DNA of 59,437 nt. Source: Minisyncoccia bacterium. GTDB taxonomy: Bacteria; Patescibacteriota; Minisyncoccia; Phycocordibacterales; Phycocordibacteraceae. The position numbers were made by a program, and so were the translations under genes. This document shows positions 55,576 through 59,437 of the stretch, one piece after another. The notes beneath the pieces were generated by a model, which worked only from the letters and a program-made list of their open reading frames with translations, searched no databases and was not told where the DNA came from. Location: NCBI GenBank assembly GCA_038207395.1, contig JBBQZW010000002.1:135752-195188 (forward strand). The letters run 5' to 3'. Position 1 is the first letter of the stretch. Every line of letters begins with the position of its first letter.

Positions 55576-57010
55576 TATGAAAGCGCTACATGAATATTCA
55601 ATAACGGAAGCGGCGCGCGCCTTGCGCGCGCACGAATGCACGGTTCGTGAACTGTGGGACGCTTGTAGTTCTGCTGCAGTATCTCGCAATGCAGAATTGA
55701 ATGCATATCTTGAACTCTTTCCCGCTGACGAAGAGGCTATCACTGCTGCACAGGCACGCATAGATACAGAAGGGGAGGCAGCGCCAATGGTTTGTGGGAT
55801 CCCGCTTGCTATCAAAGACAATATTTTAATCAAAGGACATATTGCAAGTGCATCTTCAAAAATGCTTGAAAATTATGTTGCGAGCTACGACGCTACCGTC
55901 ATAGAGAAACTCAGAATAGCTGGTGCACTTTTCTTAGGACGCGCAAACATGGATGAATTTGCGATGGGTAGCTCAACCGAACACTCAGCATATGGTCCAA
56001 GCCGTAACCCGCACGACATCTCACGTGTTCCCGGCGGTTCGTCAGGTGGTTCAGCGAGCGCTGTGGCAGCTCACCTGGCGATTGCTGCTCTCGGCACCGA
56101 TACAGGAGGTTCCATCCGTCAGCCAGCAGCGCATTGTGGACTTGTTGGACTTAAACCCACGTACGGAGCTGTTTCGCGCTACGGTGCAATAGCACTCGGT
56201 TCATCTCTTGATCAAATTGGCCCGCTTACAAAGAGTGTCGCTGACACAAAGATTATGTTTGATACGCTACGCGGTCATGATGAACGAGACAGTACTACGA
56301 TAACCGAAGGGTTGTATACTCCGCGCTCGCTAGGTAACACCCTCCGCATTGGTGTACCTCATTCATTCATTGATGGAGTAGACGCTGATGTAAAGAAGTC
56401 ATTCGAAGATACCCTTGCCCGCCTCGAAACTGCAGGGCATGAGCTCGTAGACATTGAACTCCCCACCAGCACGTACGCACTCCCGGTGTATTACGTCATT
56501 ATGCCTGCAGAGGCGTCCACAAACCTTGCACGCTATGACGGCATCCGCTATGGACTTGCAAAGCGCGGCGCGACACTTCTCGATGATTACATTGAGAGTA
56601 AGACCGAAGGATTCGGTGCCGAAACTCAGCGTCGTATTTTGCTTGGCACCTTCGTACTCTCATCGGGCTATATCGATGCGTATTATCGTAAAGCAGAAGC
56701 AGCACGTACTGTACTGCGCGCCGAGTATTCAAAAGCTTTTGAAACGTGTGATGTTATAGCATTTCCCACAACACCTGCCCCGGCATTCAAATTTGGAGAA
56801 AAGACTAATGATCCTGTTGCTATGTACCTTGAAGATATTTTTACGGTAACGGCAAACCTCACGGGTATGCCCGCACTTTCTGTTCCTATGGGCACCGTTG
56901 TTCGTGAAGAATCAACCCTTCCTATTGGCATTCACTTCACCGCACCACATGGAGAGGAAGAGACACTGTTTACTGTAGGAGCAACGGTGACCGGAGAGAC
57001 GCTATACTAA
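55568..57010 (+). CDS. gatA: Asp/Glu-tRNA amidotransferase subunit A
   Basis: 480 aa amidase signature: ...GGSSGGSASAVAA......GTDTGGSIRQPAA.CG.VG.KPTYG.VSRYG... Confidence 0.95.
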   Translation: MTSMKALHEYSITEAARALRAHECTVRELWDACSSAAVSRNAELNAYLELFPADEEAITAAQARIDTEGEAAPMVCGIPLAIKDNILIKGHIASASSKMLENYVASYDATVIEKLRIAGALFLGRANMDEFAMGSSTEHSAYGPSRNPHDISRVPGGSSGGSASAVAAHLAIAALGTDTGGSIRQPAAHCGLVGLKPTYGAVSRYGAIALGSSLDQIGPLTKSVADTKIMFDTLRGHDERDSTTITEGLYTPRSLGNTLRIGVPHSFIDGVDADVKKSFEDTLARLETAGHELVDIELPTSTYALPVYYVIMPAEASTNLARYDGIRYGLAKRGATLLDDYIESKTEGFGAETQRRILLGTFVLSSGYIDAYYRKAEAARTVLRAEYSKAFETCDVIAFPTTPAPAFKFGEKTNDPVAMYLEDIFTVTANLTGMPALSVPMGTVVREESTLPIGIHFTAPHGEEETLFTVGATVTGETLY

Positions 57011-57015
57011 ACGTA

Positions 57016-57627
57016 ATGCCAACAGATGGACCAGACGTTCATTTTCTAAATGTCGAATATTTCTTTCGGCTTCTCTATAACCTGTTTCATGTAAGTGGGA
57101 ACGGGGAAGGGGGAGCTTCATTTAATCTTGCATCGAGTGGATTATTCGTATTCTTAAGTAATCTATGGCTCGTACTTACGGTTCTTGCGTATCTTTTTTC
57201 ACTCGCAGCCATCGGTATATTTGTATACGCCACAATGCGTCTATATCAAATTCGTAAAGATGAAGAACCAAAGTACGCGACCATAAACCCTGAAGCTGCA
57301 CACGTTCAGGTAAAACACTCTCGCTGGACATACATTATGCAGCTGATTGAGAGCGGTCAGGAAGGTGATTGGCGTAACGCTATCATTGAAAGTGACATTA
57401 TTTTGGATGAGATGCTAACGCGACTCGGGTACCAGGGTGCTTCAGTTGGAGAGAAGTTGCGTGGCGCTACGACGACTCATTTCCAGACATTGCAAAACGC
57501 ATGGGAGGCGCATAAAGTGCGTAATGACATTGCACACCAAGGTTCAACCTTTGAACTCACGGAGCGTCTCGCGCACCGCACTATAGCTAACTATGAAGCC
57601 GTATTCAGAGAGCAGGGGGAGATTTGA
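57016..57627 (+). CDS. membrane protein with a C-terminal soluble domain carrying an R-x4-H motif (possible HEPN/DUF4145-like)
   Basis: 203 aa. Two TM segments (GLFVFLSNLWLVLTVLAYLFSLAAIGIFVYATM). ...QNAWEAHKVRNDIAHQGSTFEL... Confidence 0.55.
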   Translation: MPTDGPDVHFLNVEYFFRLLYNLFHVSGNGEGGASFNLASSGLFVFLSNLWLVLTVLAYLFSLAAIGIFVYATMRLYQIRKDEEPKYATINPEAAHVQVKHSRWTYIMQLIESGQEGDWRNAIIESDIILDEMLTRLGYQGASVGEKLRGATTTHFQTLQNAWEAHKVRNDIAHQGSTFELTERLAHRTIANYEAVFREQGEI

Positions 57628-57667
57628 TACTTGCTTTTATGTTTAAATCCCGTACAGTACTTCTTAT

Positions 57668-57738
57668 AGCGGGGTAGAGGAGAGGTACCTCGGGAGGCTC
57701 ATAACCTCCAGACGCCGGTTCAATTCCGGCCCCCGCAA
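57668..57738 (+). tRNA. tRNA-Met (anticodon CAU), probably the initiator
   Basis: Hand fold: AGCGGGG TA GAGG AGAGGTA CCTC G GGAGG CTCATAA CCTCC AGAC GCCGG TTCAATT CCGGC CCCCGCA A. The 1:72 position is an A:A mismatch. A11:U24 is present. Close to the E. coli tRNA-fMet acceptor and T arm (CGCGGGG...CCGGCCCCCGCAA). Confidence 0.75.
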
Positions 57739-57744
57739 CACGTA

Positions 57745-57775
57745 GCAAAAGACCGCCCAGAGGGCGGTCTTTTGC
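57745..57775 (+). terminator. intrinsic terminator after tRNA-Met
   Basis: GCAAAAGACCGCCC-aga-GGGCGGTCTTTTGC. Confidence 0.8.
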
Positions 57776-57875
57776 ATATATGCCCACCTTATCCCCATAC
57801 GCACAAAAAATCATGAAAATGAAGAAGTACGACTGATAAAGTTACTTCATTACCTCTTTATAATCTTGTCAATTC

Positions 57876-59437
57876 ATGAACACTCCCTTTTTACGTCTTT
57901 GTGCAGCTGCTTCAGGACTACTAGCCCTAACGGTTATGTTTTCACTAGGCAGTCAGGGAGCGTTTGCACAGAGCACACAACCGGCGATTCAGCTCAGTGC
58001 AACAAATGCAATTGTTACGCCTCCTAGTTCTAATATAGGTACTCAGATTTTAGAGAACTCTCTCTTCATAAATTTCAAAACGTTTGTTGGCCCAGACTGT
58101 ACGGCAACAGGATTTGATCCACGACAAGATACAAGCGGTCTAAACAATATAAATGCGAGAGGAAACTTCTGGGGAGGGGTAGTCCTGCGTGGACCATTTC
58201 CGGAAAGAATTTCTCTAACGTGTCGCAATTCTGAAGGAACCGTAACTTCCACCATAGCGACTCCGCGTGCTGGATTTAAAGTAGAGGATGTTGTGTTGCG
58301 AGGTGGTGGTTCAAATCCAACGCTGCAGACATTTGCAACAAGTCAGCTTTCCGCAGATAGAACTACTATTAATCCCGGAGAAAGCGCGACACTTTCCTGG
58401 TCTTCTACGAATGCAGGTTCTTGTACTGGAGTTATTGCAGGATCTGGATCAGCCTCAGGAGTGGCGCTTTCACCTGCAGGCTTCAGTGTTAATGGAACTC
58501 CTCAAACAACGTTTCTCCCAAACAGCGGCACCTCGGGCTCTGTTCGTGTAACGCCAAATCAAACAACCACCTACCTTCTTTACTGCGCTCCTACTCCCGC
58601 AGCTCCTACCAGTGAAGGAGGAGAAGCTATCCAAGGAAGATCATTTGGTTCGGAGGTAGCGAAGGTGACGGTTACTGTTCTCGGTACGAGCTCTATAGCC
58701 AGTGCGTCAGAAGTACCCGCACCAACACTGACGTTTACTGCTAGTACAAATAAGTTCGTCTCGCGAAAGGCAGTTCAGTTTAGCTACTCTTCGACGAATG
58801 CCGACTTCTGTTCATCAGGAATCGCAAATGGAGCGCTCCGCATACCTTCAGGAAGCTTTAGTTATGTTCCTCCAGCTGCAAGCCAGTACGCCATGACCTG
58901 TAGTGGACCGGGCGGCACGGTGGTTGCGTTTGTCTCTATTGGTGTTCCGCCTCCAGTGAGGCCTTCTATTGTGACCCCAAATAGTTCTTCATCAGTCCCA
59001 CCAACTCCTGTACCTCCTCCCGCTCCAGCTACACCAACACCAACTCCCGTACCTCCTCCCGCCCCAGTAACCCCAACACCCACCACCTTCACCCCAACCC
59101 CCGTCGCACCCACCCCTGCACCCACGGCTTCAATCTCTGCTAACACCACGGTCTTCAAAGCACGCAAGGCAATACAGTTCTTCTACTCCTCATCGAACGC
59201 AGACAGCTGTTTCGTCTCAGGCATTAGTGGCGCAGGAACCCTTCGTCTTCCCTCAGGAAGCTTTAGCGGAACAGTACCTGCTCCCGGCACCTACACTATG
59301 ACGTGTAGTGGACGAGGAGGAACTGCTTCAGCAAGCGTATCTATTGGGGTACCCCCTCCTGCCGTTACCTCATTTGTCACTCCCTCTTCAGAAGCTGAAC
59401 CAACACCCGCAGCCAGCTTCACCCCAACCCCTGCACC
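57876..59437 (+). CDS. large secreted repeat protein (tandem ~75-aa Cys-containing beta-type modules joined by Pro/Thr linkers), 3' end outside the window
   Basis: Absent from the track because there is no in-window stop. Hand translation from ATG 57876 is open to 59437: MNTPFLRLCAAASGLLALTVMFSLGSQGAFAQ... (signal peptide), followed by three modules of the type ...SWSSTNA.SC......SGS......Y.L.C.G.GG. Confidence 0.75.
   Translation, partial: MNTPFLRLCAAASGLLALTVMFSLGSQGAFAQSTQPAIQLSATNAIVTPPSSNIGTQILENSLFINFKTFVGPDCTATGFDPRQDTSGLNNINARGNFWGGVVLRGPFPERISLTCRNSEGTVTSTIATPRAGFKVEDVVLRGGGSNPTLQTFATSQLSADRTTINPGESATLSWSSTNAGSCTGVIAGSGSASGVALSPAGFSVNGTPQTTFLPNSGTSGSVRVTPNQTTTYLLYCAPTPAAPTSEGGEAIQGRSFGSEVAKVTVTVLGTSSIASASEVPAPTLTFTASTNKFVSRKAVQFSYSSTNADFCSSGIANGALRIPSGSFSYVPPAASQYAMTCSGPGGTVVAFVSIGVPPPVRPSIVTPNSSSSVPPTPVPPPAPATPTPTPVPPPAPVTPTPTTFTPTPVAPTPAPTASISANTTVFKARKAIQFFYSSSNADSCFVSGISGAGTLRLPSGSFSGTVPAPGTYTMTCSGRGGTASASVSIGVPPPAVTSFVTPSSEAEPTPAASFTPTPA
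59001..59066 (+). repeat. direct repeat with 39-nt period in the Pro/Thr linker
   Basis: CCAACTCCTGTACCTCCTCCCGCTCCA (59001-59027) versus CCAACTCCCGTACCTCCTCCCGCCCCA (59040-59066), 2 mismatches. Encodes PTPVPPPAP. Confidence 0.8.

Noticed and set aside
57605-57814. 69-aa minus-strand ORF.
   Set aside because: It covers tRNA-Met and its terminator on the opposite strand.
59001-59066. Short direct repeats, considered as a possible CRISPR array.
   Set aside because: There are only two imperfect copies. They are in frame inside a coding Pro/Thr linker, and there is no repeat-spacer periodicity or leader.
58862-59167. 101-aa Gly/Val/Thr-rich minus-strand ORF.
   Set aside because: It is the antisense reading of the Pro/Thr linker of the large plus-strand secreted protein.

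Overview
This window reads as core chromosome from a small-genome, probably monoderm bacterium. I infer a CPR/Patescibacteria (Parcubacteria-like) origin from four things: no L30 gene between rpsE and rplO, a type IV pilus locus without a secretin, ribosomal proteins with low-complexity tails, and very few Shine-Dalgarno sites. This placement is an inference, not a database result.

Gene content from left to right:
- A secreted LCAT-like protein, cut by the window edge.
- A str/S10/spc ribosomal super-operon (rpsL to map, bases 1066-23064). It is broken at five places by inserted non-ribosomal ORFs. Each insertion is closed by a terminator hairpin, and four of the five are followed by a promoter-like element before the next core gene. 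The insertions are cell-wall peptidases, an RsiV-like membrane protein, small ORFs and gmk.
- ndk, then a 300-nt non-coding region with a promoter-like element and a terminator.
- A small membrane protein, a beta-CASP RNase and a YbjQ-family protein.
- rplT-rpmI-infC on the minus strand.
- mscL, a PAP2 phosphatase and a peptidoglycan-binding protein.
- A low-GC HxlR/STAS-like gene pair next to ssrA (tmRNA), with smpB upstream.
- ftsH, tRNA-Ile(UAU), recG, an AI-2E transporter, malic enzyme and a NUDIX hydrolase.
- tRNA-Ser and comFC, which is divergent from a complete 11.5-kb type IV pilus locus: pilM, N-like, O-like, pilB, a response regulator, pilT, pilC, two pilins, pilD and four minor pilins.
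- ligA-gatC-gatA, a membrane protein with an R-x4-H motif, and a probable initiator tRNA-Met.
- A large secreted repeat protein that runs off the right edge.

I saw no CRISPR array, transposase, integrase or rRNA. The most unusual signals are:
- the fragmented ribosomal operons;
- the contrast between core genes lacking a Shine-Dalgarno site and inserted ORFs carrying strong AGGAGG sites;
- a tRNA-Ile with anticodon UAU;
- a leader hairpin that sequesters the tmRNA 5' end;
- a receiver-only response regulator translationally coupled to pilT;
- an orphan structured leader upstream of base 24042.
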